A program made the position numbers and the translations under genes. Source: Eutreptiella sp. 'Long Island Sound 2002' (lineage: Eukaryota; Protista; Euglenida). Taken from it: a stretch of DNA of 64,000 bases. Location of the stretch: contig OZ038378.1 in assembly GCA_964036045.1 (NCBI GenBank), positions 174,344,001-174,408,000 of the forward strand. Direction: 5' to 3'. Below the pieces are notes generated by a model, which was not told where the DNA came from, made no database searches, and saw only the letters and a program-made list of their open reading frames with translations. Of this stretch, positions 48,401 through 60,407 are shown in pieces; the first letter of the stretch is position 1, and each line of letters begins with the position of its first letter.

Positions 48401-49275
48401 CGCCGCCTACCACCCCATCTCCCCACACTGGTCCCTAGATGTACATTGCGCCAGAGGCACCTCATGTTAAGGAGGGCACAGCCCTTTGTCCAAGTCGCTG
48501 TTGCGAAATTTCAGGAAGGCGGATGGCTGGCGTGGTCCAAGACGATGCAAAAGAGTAAGCTCAGGGAGGGATTCAGTGTGAGTTGACAAGGAAGAGGCTC
48601 TACGAGGGAGTCGCGCTTGTCTGAGGCACAACAGCGGGGGCTGGTGGTCCTTGACCTACTCCCCACGCCCTGGCCGTGGCTAGGTACAACACAGCGGACA
48701 CAAGGGTGACCGAACGGACACTGGCCGCGTGTCAGTGCTTGAGGACGATGGGCCAGACGGAGCCCCGTGGGTGCCCAAATGGCCTGTGCAACAGTGCACG
48801 AAGACCTGCTCCACATCGCATGGAGAGGGGTACGCCAGGAGGCAGAGCGACTGGCCTCCGGAAATTCTGGAATAATTTAGCAAGGAGCTTGTGCAAGGAC
48901 ACTGCAGGGGACATGCCCTTGAATGCCGCATGTTCCTGCTTTGAGAAAAATTGTCACAGTGTCCACAAACACACAACAGCATAACAAAATATGCCATTTC
49001 TATTTCTGAACCTACTGGCCCTTCACATTGAACGCCATTAGAATTGAAACTCGGGCCTCTGATTTGAAAGCCGGCATTGGAGCATCAGAGGAGCAGATGG
49101 TGCAAGCTGGGCGGACTATCCACCTGCTCCACTTCGTTCTTACTCGCTGCATGTGTCTTTGGCAGGGAGAGTCACACTTTTGCTGTGGACTGCCGTTCCA
49201 GGCTCCTGAGCTATTTCCATGGTACATTCGCGGAACAGTTGAAGAACAATGGTGTGGGTGAGGGGAATTGATGTA

Positions 49276-49911
49276 CAGGGGGGGGGGGGGGGGTTTCGCA
49301 CCGGGAATTTTTCGCTCGAGAAAATTTCGCACCAGGTTTATTTCGCACAGTGGCCTGAAAATCCCGCGGGAAATTTCGCACCCTTCCAGGATTGTACTGT
49401 TTTCTGCTGGGCAGTTCCTGCGTTGCACTGCCAAATTCCAGTGGGTTCCAGGATTGTTTTGCGAATTTCCAGGAGCTTCCAGGATTGCATTCTTTACTTT
49501 CCTGCATGACCTGGTTCTCAATCCCATGCCCCAAGGTCCAAGGCAATCCAGCCCCTTTATCTGCTTTGGGGCACAACAAACACCAATTCCCTTATTATCT
49601 GGGATTCCTTGATCCCTGACCCTGATCCTTGAGTCCCCGGAGCCTTTCCCCCTCCCTGGGACGTCCGCGTGGACACCCTCCAGCTGGGGAGGGAGTCCGG
49701 ATTCCGGGGCCACCTCCATCCTCTTCCCACACTGAGAAGCTCAAAAGCGAGAGAACAAAGAGGTAGTGAAAATGCGCCCCAGTGGCTAAATTTTGCACCG
49801 GGTTTATTTCGCACAGTGGCCTGAAAATTGAGCGGGAAATTTCGCATACATTTGCAATACGAAATTTCCCACAACGAAATATTCCCCCCGCAAAATATCC
49901 CCCCCCCCCTG
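49276..49911. mobile_element. Tc1/mariner-type MITE
   Basis: TA|CAGGGGGG...CCCCCCTG|TA (TA TSD at 49274-75 and 49912-13). Internal direct repeat tttatttcgcacagtggcctgaaaat at ~49337 and ~49803. Confidence 0.7.
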
Positions 49912-50586
49912 TATGGGGCTAGCAAGCGTCTACAGCGAGGCCAATGGAGGAAAACGGGGATAATGGCGGGTCAATGGTTAGTCTGGGGAGGAAGCAACAA
50001 CAAGAGCAAGGGACCGGGGGGGTTGCGACAAAGCCCTGAGATGTTGCTGCTCTCACGGCAATTGGCAGCGTCAATGGACTTCTCGCCACTCACGAAGATC
50101 CACCAAGCCGCTGTGTTGGCCCATTGTTTCTATTTCTCCATGGTGGCGCGGCGTGGCACCAGCACATTAAGGATCCACACGGCCACAGGAGGAAGCGGGG
50201 GGCGTATGGTGTAAAACCAAAACTTAAAAACAATGCGAAACTTCTCATTATCCTGCGTCACCCTTGGGGTGGGCCTGTGCCAAATGCTCCCCGCTTTCAG
50301 TTTTTCCAGAGTTTTGTACGCTGGAAACAAATTTCGGTGCCTTCAATGCCCCGAAACCCGATTCACCCTTTTGCCTCTTGAAGCATCTGTGGGGGAAAAA
50401 AAAGCGGGAAACCCAGGAAAATGCACATCGAATGTCACTAAGGAAACACAGTCGCCCGATCAGGGGTACGGCAGCGTGCGGCCTGAAGGGGAGGGTGGGC
50501 TGCATTGCGGCTGGGCTGGAGGTATGTGACCACCCGAAAAGGCAGTGCTGTGGTGCACCAACCACCAGAATCTACAGGTTTGGGTG

Positions 50587-52848
50587 CTAGCACTCGGTCG
50601 GCATGCTGCCATAGAAAGACGCCATGCCATTGCAAAGATCCCACACGGTGAACGGCGTCCTGCAGAGAGGGCACTCTGGATGCTGCTCGGCCACATTGAG
50701 GGTGCAGATCTCACACATGGTGCAATGGCCACAAGGCAGCCGCGCCTCCCGAGGGGTGTCCAGGCAGACCATGCAGCTTTTGGGCTTCACTTTCTTCCCT
50801 TTCACGATCTGTTGCATGCGCTCGCATAGCTCCTCTGCCGTGGGCTGTGACAACTGTCCCTTCATGCACTGCTCCGCCAGCTCAAAAAGTTCCTGCCGAA
50901 CGTCCTCTGGCCATTCGACTTCGTTCGGAAGGTCATCCAATTGGGCCAATGCCAGAGGCGCCCCGGAACGCAGCGTCTGCGCTGCCAGAGAACCCAGCAG
51001 CTGCAGGAGCAGCAGTCCCCAATAGTACAGATCGATGGAGATGCTGAAGTCCGCCTCGTTGGGGTAATACGTCTGCGGGGGCGGGGGTGCTTCAAGCAGC
51101 CGGGAAGGAAGGGGCTGCAGGGAGTTCCCAGGTGGCGCCATGCGTTTCTGGGACGACCGAAGGCTCAGCCGCTGAAATATGCTGCAGCATGAGAATCCGG
51201 CTCCCGGGGAGGCGGGGAGATCTGGGATGTCGTGCTCAGCACCTGCGAAGGCATCGGCGCATCCATTGGAGAGCCTGGCTGCCCTCCGCTGTTCTGGACT
51301 GTGTTCTGGGCCCGGTCCTTCTGGGACTGGGGTCGCACCAGCAAGGGCTCCAGCAGAAGCTGCTGGAGGATCTGAAGCACAAGCGTCTGGTGCATGGGAA
51401 TCTGGTTGGGCCGATGCCAACTGGGCTGAGACTAGGGCTGATCCCGATTGAACTGAGGCTCGGGCTGATGGATATGGGGGTGGTAGGATTGGTGGTGGTG
51501 GTGGTGGTGGTGGTGGTGGTGGTGTTGCTCTCAAGGGGGATGCCTGGGACAAAGGGCTTGCTAGTGACCCAGGAGTAACTGGCGTGTAATTGCCGGCGCC
51601 CGTCAACGGAGTCCCAGGGAGCGTCAGATCAACGTTGCATTCGGGGGCAGTCTCTTGGGACACGTTGGAGACGTTGGCTGCAATTCCTGGACCACGATTC
51701 TGACGCCCCTGAGTCATGATGGTCAAATTGTGCACAAAATGTGACAGCGATTCACGTCTCTCATCGCGTGGGCCGTCTGCACCCTCTTGACTGGCTCTAG
51801 ATTGTGTGGAATCGGAAGGGCGCGGGTGGGACATCGAGAAGTCAGAAAAGCAACCGCCAGGACGCTGCCGCTGCCCTGTGGAGCCTGGGGTGTCCCTGAG
51901 GGTCAGCTGCGCCAGGCCCACGTTGCCCCACTGCGCATTGCCATATTGGTCCAGCAGAACATTCGAAATGCAGACCGCGCCATGAGCGATCGCCGGACGC
52001 GCCTTGTGCAGCGCGGCCAACCCCTCCGCCAGGTCCTTGGCCACTGCCAGACGGTACTTCCAACCGAAAGCTGGCGACGTCACGTGGTCCGCCAAGGTGT
52101 CCCTCATCCACGGGTACACTAGTGCGAGCCTTGAGCCCTGGCGCGCGAACCCCAGTAGCGGAGCCACTGCGGCATGTTGCAGCTTCGCAACGGTGTTCAT
52201 GTCCACGAGGAACTTCTTGTGGCGTCTGTGGTCGATGCCCTCCAACACCTGGACACATGCCACACGGTCGTCCCCCAAATTCACCTTCCACACGCAGACA
52301 TGCCCAATCTCCTGCACGACCTTCCCTTTGGACAGCCATTCCTCAATGACCTTGAACTTGTGGCGCTTCACGCACGGCTTGTGTGTGTCGAGTGCGAGGG
52401 ATTCTGTGATGCGGCGGTGCGGCCCCGGCGCAGCAGCCGGGGTCGACACGGAACTGCGCCGCCCCTGATAATCCACTTCAGGATCGGGCTCGCGGCCAAA
52501 ATCCATGGCATTGAGCGTTAGGTGCAGCGTGCCAGCGCCCACTGGAACCTGCACACGTACATCCTTGCCCTGCACAATCGTGTCCATGCGCATGCCGACA
52601 GGTTTCCCCAAAGTTCTAGTCATGCCCAAGCGGCCTTTTGTCTTGACGCAGACCATGAGAAACGCGGTAGCAGGGCCAGGGACGTTGAAAACATGTTCCT
52701 CATTCCACACTGGTGACGCCCCACGGAGAGACTTAGTTTTGAACCTGTCCTTGTTGAGCTTGAGCGTGCAGTACAAATTGCACTGGGGTTTGGTTGAGAG
52801 CCGTGAGCCAGTCAAAACAGTGACACGCAACCGCTTTGATGGTGCCAT
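50587..52848 (-). CDS. C2 domain + protein-kinase-like (predicted pseudokinase) + C-terminal C3HC4 RING protein, 753 aa, intronless
   Basis: Uninterrupted ORF; ATG at 52848 (residue 13 of the listed ORF). C2: LRVTVLTG...YCTLKL...FKTK...PVWNEEHVF. Kinase fold: KLQHAAVAPLLGF, WKYRLAVAKDLAEGLAALH, AHGAVCISNVLLD, IDLYYWGLLLLQLLG. RING: CMVC-x10-CGH-x3-CEIC-x10-CPLC. Confidence 0.88.
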   Translation of the reverse strand: MAPSKRLRVTVLTGSRLSTKPQCNLYCTLKLNKDRFKTKSLRGASPVWNEEHVFNVPGPATAFLMVCVKTKGRLGMTRTLGKPVGMRMDTIVQGKDVRVQVPVGAGTLHLTLNAMDFGREPDPEVDYQGRRSSVSTPAAAPGPHRRITESLALDTHKPCVKRHKFKVIEEWLSKGKVVQEIGHVCVWKVNLGDDRVACVQVLEGIDHRRHKKFLVDMNTVAKLQHAAVAPLLGFARQGSRLALVYPWMRDTLADHVTSPAFGWKYRLAVAKDLAEGLAALHKARPAIAHGAVCISNVLLDQYGNAQWGNVGLAQLTLRDTPGSTGQRQRPGGCFSDFSMSHPRPSDSTQSRASQEGADGPRDERRESLSHFVHNLTIMTQGRQNRGPGIAANVSNVSQETAPECNVDLTLPGTPLTGAGNYTPVTPGSLASPLSQASPLRATPPPPPPPPPPPILPPPYPSARASVQSGSALVSAQLASAQPDSHAPDACASDPPAASAGALAGATPVPEGPGPEHSPEQRRAARLSNGCADAFAGAEHDIPDLPASPGAGFSCCSIFQRLSLRSSQKRMAPPGNSLQPLPSRLLEAPPPPQTYYPNEADFSISIDLYYWGLLLLQLLGSLAAQTLRSGAPLALAQLDDLPNEVEWPEDVRQELFELAEQCMKGQLSQPTAEELCERMQQIVKGKKVKPKSCMVCLDTPREARLPCGHCTMCEICTLNVAEQHPECPLCRTPFTVWDLCNGMASFYGSMPTEC

Positions 52849-55800
52849 GGGCTGCTGAAACACATGTGCGTGACTTGTCAACACGCGCTATCTTGCACAT
52901 GACCCCTTAGCACATGGTCACACAAGCCCCCCAATGCGCAACGACCAGCAACACTAGACAAGTCTATAGACGTTTGTGCACACAATGCACAGCAAACGAG
53001 CAGGGGCTCAACAGTGTCAAAAGAACATCAAAATCTGTGTGACAGTAATAATGGGTGCAAGAGACAGGTGCAGATATGTCACTCGATTTTCGCCACATGC
53101 TCTTATCAATGGTGTGCACGTTGGATGGTTTCTACCCTGTGGTTTGATGACCCACCCTGTCTTGCCCATGTGCGTCCTTGCGCGTACCACTCCCGGACCC
53201 TGTGTAGGGGTATGACGCCCAACAGGTTTCGTGATTTAATTCCAAAGCAGGGGAATTTTCTTGTTTCTTTGTTTTCCAAGAATTTTGTTGGCGTCCCATT
53301 TTGCTCGTGGGAATAAATTCTTTCTACCATTTGTAACCACTGCCAAGGTAGTTGGTGCGGTATTTGTCGAGAATTTGTGTTACCACAATCTCATGGGCTG
53401 TTTTTGAAACAAAGGGGGTGTATGCGGGTGCTCACAAGTGTTCACTCTCACACACATGATACTACATGTGTATCACAAGGATGGTAGAAGTGCAGCATTC
53501 AGAGTATGCATATAAAGGGATCATAGAATCAAATCATGGGGCTGCGGCATCTAGGCCGCCTTGGTGTGCAATAGTGGCAGCAACGTCAGCCCGCGTCTGT
53601 TCCGCAAGCTGTCAAGTTGGTGCCCTTGAAGAAAAACTGCTCACATGCTAAATCAGTGTGGGGCATGAGACGCCCTAGGTATGCACAGTGCTCTAGGTGA
53701 CTTATAAGTAGTTCACGAAGCACCTAGTTCAGAGGTGCACACACAACTCTTCAGTCAAAAGCTCATGATAGGGTCCATTGAGCACCAACTCCCCTGGCAT
53801 ACGTCCCTGGCTTTGACGGTTTCATGGCCCAGTCAACTAACATACGGCACACCGTTCTATTTAGTTTCAAGCAAACTATATGTGCAGCACATGTGTTCAC
53901 ATTTGCCCCATGTCCGTTCAAAGTGCATGTGGCCCCGGGAGCTCAACACCCCACTTGTTGAGGCAGTGTATGAGTTTGGGTCGCAACTCATCCTACCTGT
54001 ACACCCTGTATAGCGCCGTGCCGGGCATCCCCGGAACACTATGGAAAAAGGTACCATTCTTTGGGTCTTGTAAAAGGCCTTTCGCTGGTGAGTCTGCAGT
54101 CGGGGGGGGGGGATTACCGGAAACATTCATCTGTGTCGCTGCGTTTCTCTTTGACGTGTAAAGGAGTTAGGATTTGAGCGAAGGCGCCAAGCTGGGCAAA
54201 TGGCTCTGATGGATTCCACCTAGTTGGGCGAATGCATGTTTCACTTTGGTGTCTATGCTCCCCTCTATCTTTCTCAAATCCGTTTGGTATGCAGGCTCGG
54301 TGGATGATATGACAACCAATTTTCGATATGGGGGCTGGGTTGGCATTCGTATCCGCAGCAATGGTGGTTGCCCTGTTTAGAACGCTTTCTACGGTGATAC
54401 CGTTTGCTGACAGTGATTTCCTTGGGATCCATCGCCACGTGGGTTAGGGAGGGCAAACGAGCCACAGCAGTCAGTGGCTTGGGAGTGATTTGATTCCCAA
54501 GATGTATGGCCACGATGTGCAGTTTGTGAAAGTATCAAGTGATGCCTCACAATGTTTCTATGTGACGCACTCAGGTCGCACACATGATTAAGTTTTTCGT
54601 TTGCCGGACATGTGACTTATGGGTGTGGTGTGAAACGAAAGGCACGTCTAGTGGCAATTCGGTGCATTGGTGGAATAACACATGAGCGTCATGCGAGCAT
54701 TGTGCGTGGGCCTCACCTGTCATCATTGTGTGTCTCTGTCCTCAACTCCTCCCTGAATACATGTGAGGTGGTGGGGCCATCAACGCCCAAGTGGCGACCA
54801 GAAAGTTCTCCGCACGGATACATTCGTTGGGTTTTTGTGCCGAAGAATTTTTTTGCATGAATTTTTTTCTTGCCAATTTTTTTTTCGAAGATAGAAATTT
54901 TGTTTATCCTCTTCTAGTTCTCCCCACACTCTAGCATAGTGTATTGGGCCTAGGGTTTTGCCTCTCTACCTTTGCTCTCAAGATCTCATGATGGTGATGG
55001 AGGTATTGGTGACACTTCCTCATCTTGCACCAACCTTTGCGACCAGGAGCACTCCCACCAGGAGACTCACACCTCCGTGGGCTCCCACTTCAGGGGCACC
55101 CCATAAATACAGTCCAAGGACTGTTTGGCCGCATGGCGCACATGTGGGAAAAGGGTAGCATGTACATTCATGAAAATGATGTAGATATTATCGCGAAACT
55201 ACGAAAACAGAAACCCTGCGTTGGGATACCGGGGTCTGTCGCAGCGTCGCCCACTTTAAATGATGTTTTGAAGCATTCATCTTGGTGTACGCCTTTACAA
55301 TTCGTTTGGCGAAATAACCACTTGGGATGTACAAATGGAAGCATGGCAAATGCTACTCTCAAATGGTTGGCACGGCAAAGCGAGGCAACACGGAGACTTA
55401 TCAAAGTAACATTCTTAGAAAAAATATAATATATATAAATATAATATAATATAAGATAAAATCCTTAGATGCACGCCACAGACCAACACACCTTCGTTCA
55501 AAACCGGCTAGTTTGTGGCCAAGGAGACGGAGCCACAGCGAACAATGCGCGCAGCTTTTACTCTTGTTCAACTCTACACAGAATGCAACATTTCGGCAAC
55601 CATGCCCAATTATGCCGAACGCAGCAGAAAAAAGTTCCAGAATGAAAACTATGTATATTTCAATCATAATGATATAAGAACCTCATTCATACCGTTCCGA
55701 AACAAAGCAATAAATGTCTGCTTGGCCACACGACACCTAACTTGAGTGCGGGCCGCGACCCCCCCCCCCCCTGTGCTGAAGCGTTCAAATCGCCCAAATG

Positions 55801-58199
55801 TGCCCCCCCAAGGGGGTTGACATGATGTGAAATTAGACCAGTGAGACGCATGTGCAATATGGGCATTTCTTAATTCGCATTAGTGGCATTTGGGTGTGCA
55901 GAAGAAAGGTAATATCAGGTACAGGTGAACATAGTGGTATGCGCCTGCAGGCGCACAAGTCACTATCTGGGGCCAGCACAGGTTCACGGTTGCTGCACGA
56001 TTGCAAGATGCCAGGGCAGACTATTGGGTAGATAGAAGAAAAATGTCACATTTCTGTTTGAGTGTGACCTGTCAACATGAGAAGCACATGGTAAAGGGTA
56101 GATCTATCACATCAATTTCGACTTCCATGGAAGTTGTAGATTTGGTATACATGAAGAAGTGGTGGTTGAAAAATAGTGCTGGAAGCTGCGACATTTGCAG
56201 GTGCTCGTGCAAGTGCAATTTCTGCTTGTTCCACTTCAGCTCTGAGAAGTGCCAAGTTTGAATCAACAATCAACTTCATTGTTCAACCAAGAAGCAGCCA
56301 AGAAGGTCACGGTGGCAAATATGGGAGAAGATGGAATGCACGATTCGCCCTTGTTCTTTCCATGGTGATGGCCGGCCGAATATGCTTTGTGAGATGACGA
56401 GTACTATGTACACTTGAGGCTGTTTACCTTGGATGTTTACCCTGTATGGTGATTTACAATTTAGCTTGTTCACAATATATGATGCAAGTGTACTTTCTCT
56501 TCTGCTGCTCCGTGTTTATACGTTTCTTGATGAATGTTACAGTTTGTCACGTACGATCCACAATCAAATTTGCAATTCAAGGCTTGCAGATTTGTGCCTC
56601 GCACTCTACTATGGTTCACTTGGATCATGGTTGTATTGTGCGCAGGGAGTTCTTCTCCCATATGAGTCTTTGAGTGTAATCTTGGATCCTCCTCCCTTGA
56701 AGCACTTAGAAGTTTGCGAAGAAGAATATCTTCATATGTTGCTGCGCCCCCATTTCATCGTGTTTGATCCATTACGGAAGTCTGAGAAAATGCGGTGCCA
56801 TGTCCGAAGTGTAAGGGGGTCGTCAGCTACGGCGCATTTTCAACTTTCAACCCACACAACGTCCCCCAACACATGGCGTGGATGGTGCCGATTTGCCAAA
56901 TTCTCCCCTTGCACCTGAGCAATAATCTTCTACAAGCTCCTGCAATCTCCCCCCAACCACACAAATTGAACCTCCTGCTGCTCCTCTCCACCGACCACAC
57001 AGAGCGAAGGTAATGATGAAACCCCTCCCCCCCCATCCTACTATGCCTAATTCTCCCTGTGGCTTCCTCCCAGGCAACGACCATTCAGGAACCAACTCCT
57101 AACCCTACACCTGCAACGGTTCAATGGTTCTAGTTCCATCCCCCTTACCCCCATCAACAGTTCCATCTCCTTTGTCGTCATTTACAACGTCTTGCACATC
57201 ATAATATACAGATTAGGTATCAACAGGCTCGGATGGAAGCCATTACGCATCGGAGGCCACAAATCATCCAACAAGAAATGTGTGCCCATATACAATTCTA
57301 TGATGGTTTGCCTTTACACCACCGGTTGAACTATTGGGATCAGCACTACAAGCACCACCATTGCGGTTGGGATTTGCCCCGGTAATGGGTCCTGCACAAA
57401 CGTCTTGTTGCAATGTGCCGTGCGAGGGAGGCTTCCAGGGTAAGCATACTTCAGCTACCACCTTCACCATTGGGCGGAGGACCCCTTGGGGGGTTTAGGG
57501 TTTCCAACCCTAGGGGTCAAGGGTACCACCCCCTAGGGGTCTCAAGGAGGTCAGGACCCCCGCTATGTGTACACCACCTATGTTTTTTGACCGATTTTTA
57601 ATTATTTCTCATAGAAAATGACTACAACAGAAGAATGCTCCTTTTGACCTCCCTTTGGATGAGGCACAAGCGCGCCGTATAGTTAGGGAGGTGCAACACC
57701 TCGAAGGTAAGGATTGCACGCACAAAGCCCAACATTCATCGTAAGCATAGCATTGCTGCCATGGAGCGGCAAAGTTTTTGAGGTGACCATAATTTCAATG
57801 CCTCGAAGCAAGGAATGTCCAAGGAACGTCGGTGGCAAGTGGTGTTACTATCATGCTCCTCAAGCTTTTGTTCTCATGGTCCATTGCTCGCGCCGTGTAA
57901 TGTGAGGGCTTACTTTCAGGCGACACTATGGTTGTGGTGAAATATCAAGCGCAATAAAAGGAACAAAAGAGGACCAAAGGGTGGTTGAGCAGGTTGAAGG
58001 GCGCGTCGTGCTGCGTCGCTCATGGAATGTATCTAAATTACAGTTCTCTACACATTGGTCGTTAGTTTGTCAAAGGAGGACGAAGTTATGAATTTGAGGA
58101 AGGTACGTTCGTGTTTGCGGAGAAGGGCAGAGCCCAACCGGTGGCCGGTGGTCGTGGGGGACCATGGGGGGGGCAGGCCTACAAAGGGGCCCCCTTTTG

Positions 58200-58345
58200 G
58201 GGGTCATTCGCGTAGCATACCCCAAGGCATGATATTTGATGTCCAACCCCTTGTAAAATCATTATTTTGCCCAATAAGACAATCCCCCAATGGATTTTTT
58301 GATTTTGAGGCCTCTATCTCCTGAAATTGGATAACACTTTTTTGA
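58200..58345 (+). repeat. Isolated terminal module of the tandem-repeat-carrying/TIR element family
   Basis: cattcgcgtagcatacccc...aaccccttgtaaaatcattattttg.ccaata...cccccaatg matches 1590-1690 and 30355-30445. Confidence 0.75.
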
Positions 58346-59184
58346 GGGGGGGGCTCACGGACGCGGGTGGGCGCAGGCAGGCGCAAGCGCTTGAGATGCC
58401 CTTTTTTTTGTTAGCCAAAGGCCCTCTTTTGAGGGTCCACGCAAGTGTACTATGGGTTGTGACCCCTCTACATACATATTTCCTTGTGCTCTTTGCCATG
58501 AAAGTAGTTTTGACAATGTTTTTATTTTAACCGAAACCGTTTTTTTTTTGGCATGGTGGTCCCCAAAACTGGTTAACGGGTTTCTCTACCTTGTCTACAG
58601 TCTCTGATGCATTATTGATGAGTGTTTTGCTGCTTCGCTAAGCCCCCTTTCTCTTGAACAACCTGAAACTGTTGCATTCTATTTGCGTCGGTTCCAAAAG
58701 TATGAGCTTGTGGGTCCTTGGAGTCATGACCCTGATGTTAAGAAGAAAGGAAAGGCACCTAAGCCCTCCGCTTCTACCTCCAACGTGCAACAGGCAGGTG
58801 GGGGGGGGGTTATGGGGTAGGTGATCCAGATCATTTTTGATCCAAATACCAGGCCTTGGGGGGGGGGTCGAGAGTGGTGATCCAAAAGTGATCCACGGAT
58901 CATTCTTGGACCATTTTGCCCACTTTACTTGTGTACTTGTGGATCATTTTTTGGAAGCTGAATGGTTGGAACAAGTGAAGTTACATTTTTGGATCATTTT
59001 TTTTTAACACAAATTGGTAGATCAATGTGTTGCTTTGTGCCTTTGGATCATTTTTCTTGATGATGAATTGGTGGATCATTTCTTTGCTTTGTGCCTCTTT
59101 GCCCTTGTGCACCCCACTTTTTCTAATAGTGCACTAGTTTTTGTGATGTTAGAGTCCGCCGAATTGCAATTGCGCTAGCAATGG

Positions 59185-59990
59185 TTGCTTGTTGCCGATG
59201 AGGCTTGGTGCGTTTGGGCCGCTGCCGGTAAGCTATCCGTTATCCCCAAGGTTGGGTTCAACCCAACGGTGTGCGAGGCTGTGTATTTGAAGTACATGGA
59301 CCACGTATCTGGTCTCAGCCGTGATGCCCTTTGGTTAGTTTTGTCATATTTCAAGCACCGTCCAAGGCAAGGTGCCTATGATGACATTTCACCAAGGCAT
59401 CGCAAGTACGGTGATAGGTGGGCTCGGCTTTTGATTCATCGTGGTGTGGCCAAGGTTCCATGCCTCCAACCACTTGTGCTTACAAGGAGCCAGCGAGTGA
59501 CAATTGCGATATGCCGTTCCGTCATTTTTTCAGCGCATTGCACAGTTGTAGGGAGGGAGGGACTGCGCGTGGCGAGAGGTATGTGCTATGCCATTGCTGG
59601 ACGCGGCGTGTACAAAAATTATCTCCATGGTCGCAAGTGGTCGCAGGCGGGAGCACCCCTAAGGGGGAACCTTGGATGAAGTTCCTACACCCCATGGACC
59701 CCATCCACGCACCTAGCTTGGCCCCGTTGGTGCACATCGTGAATTGAAGAGTAGCGCCCCTGTCAGGTGCTCTTTTCGAGCTCCAATTTGCATCTAGCTT
59801 TGCATCGAGCAACTCAGCACCATGGGGTGCATTGGACGCACCCCCACCCCCCACCCCATGGGGTTGCCATGGAGCGAACATTCTCGTTCTTTTGTACATA
59901 GCAAAGATTGCACTTGCCTGCCCACACCTAGCCCTCTCACTTGCCCCCTTCCTGCTGGTATTTGCAAGCCCTGTAGCTGGGTACTACCTG
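59185..59990 (+). pseudogene. Possible decayed PIF/Harbinger-ISL2EU-type transposase remnant
   Basis: SRDALWLVLSYFKHRP resembles the N-terminal helix of IS5-like eukaryotic transposases. No intact DDE triad could be read. Confidence 0.25.
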
Positions 59991-60407
59991 GTGGCAAGAG
60001 TCACCACAATGTCTAACAAACCTAAGGTATTGACTTTACAATTTTGGGTTTTCAAAGTGTGATGTGTGATTTCATGAGTTGCTTTGGTTGAGTGAAACAA
60101 TTTGTGCACATTGCACATTCTCTGTTTCTCTGTACAAAACTGTAGCTCAGAGTACCTGGCTCTTTTGCATATGCTTTCTTTGCTTTGCGACTGAGTTGGT
60201 GGGAATTGGAGCCTCCGTTGACGCAGAGACAGATTTGAGATTACCCAAGACGGTTTGGTGCATGACTCTCCATTTTCAATGATAGGACACTTTTCGGTGC
60301 ATAGCTAACTAAGATATTCGCAAGCGTGCCACATACACGCGCTTAACCAAGTGATGATGCCCAACTCCTGTCATCGCCACCGCCTTGTTTCACATGAGAC
60401 ATCCAAA

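Noticed and set aside
48480-48960. Tyrosine recombinase remnant (TYSPRPG..., GRW)
   Set aside because: The motifs are split across frames with stops; the similarity is too weak to support without a profile search.
57480-57545. Telomere-like tttagggttt
   Set aside because: Single occurrence, no array.
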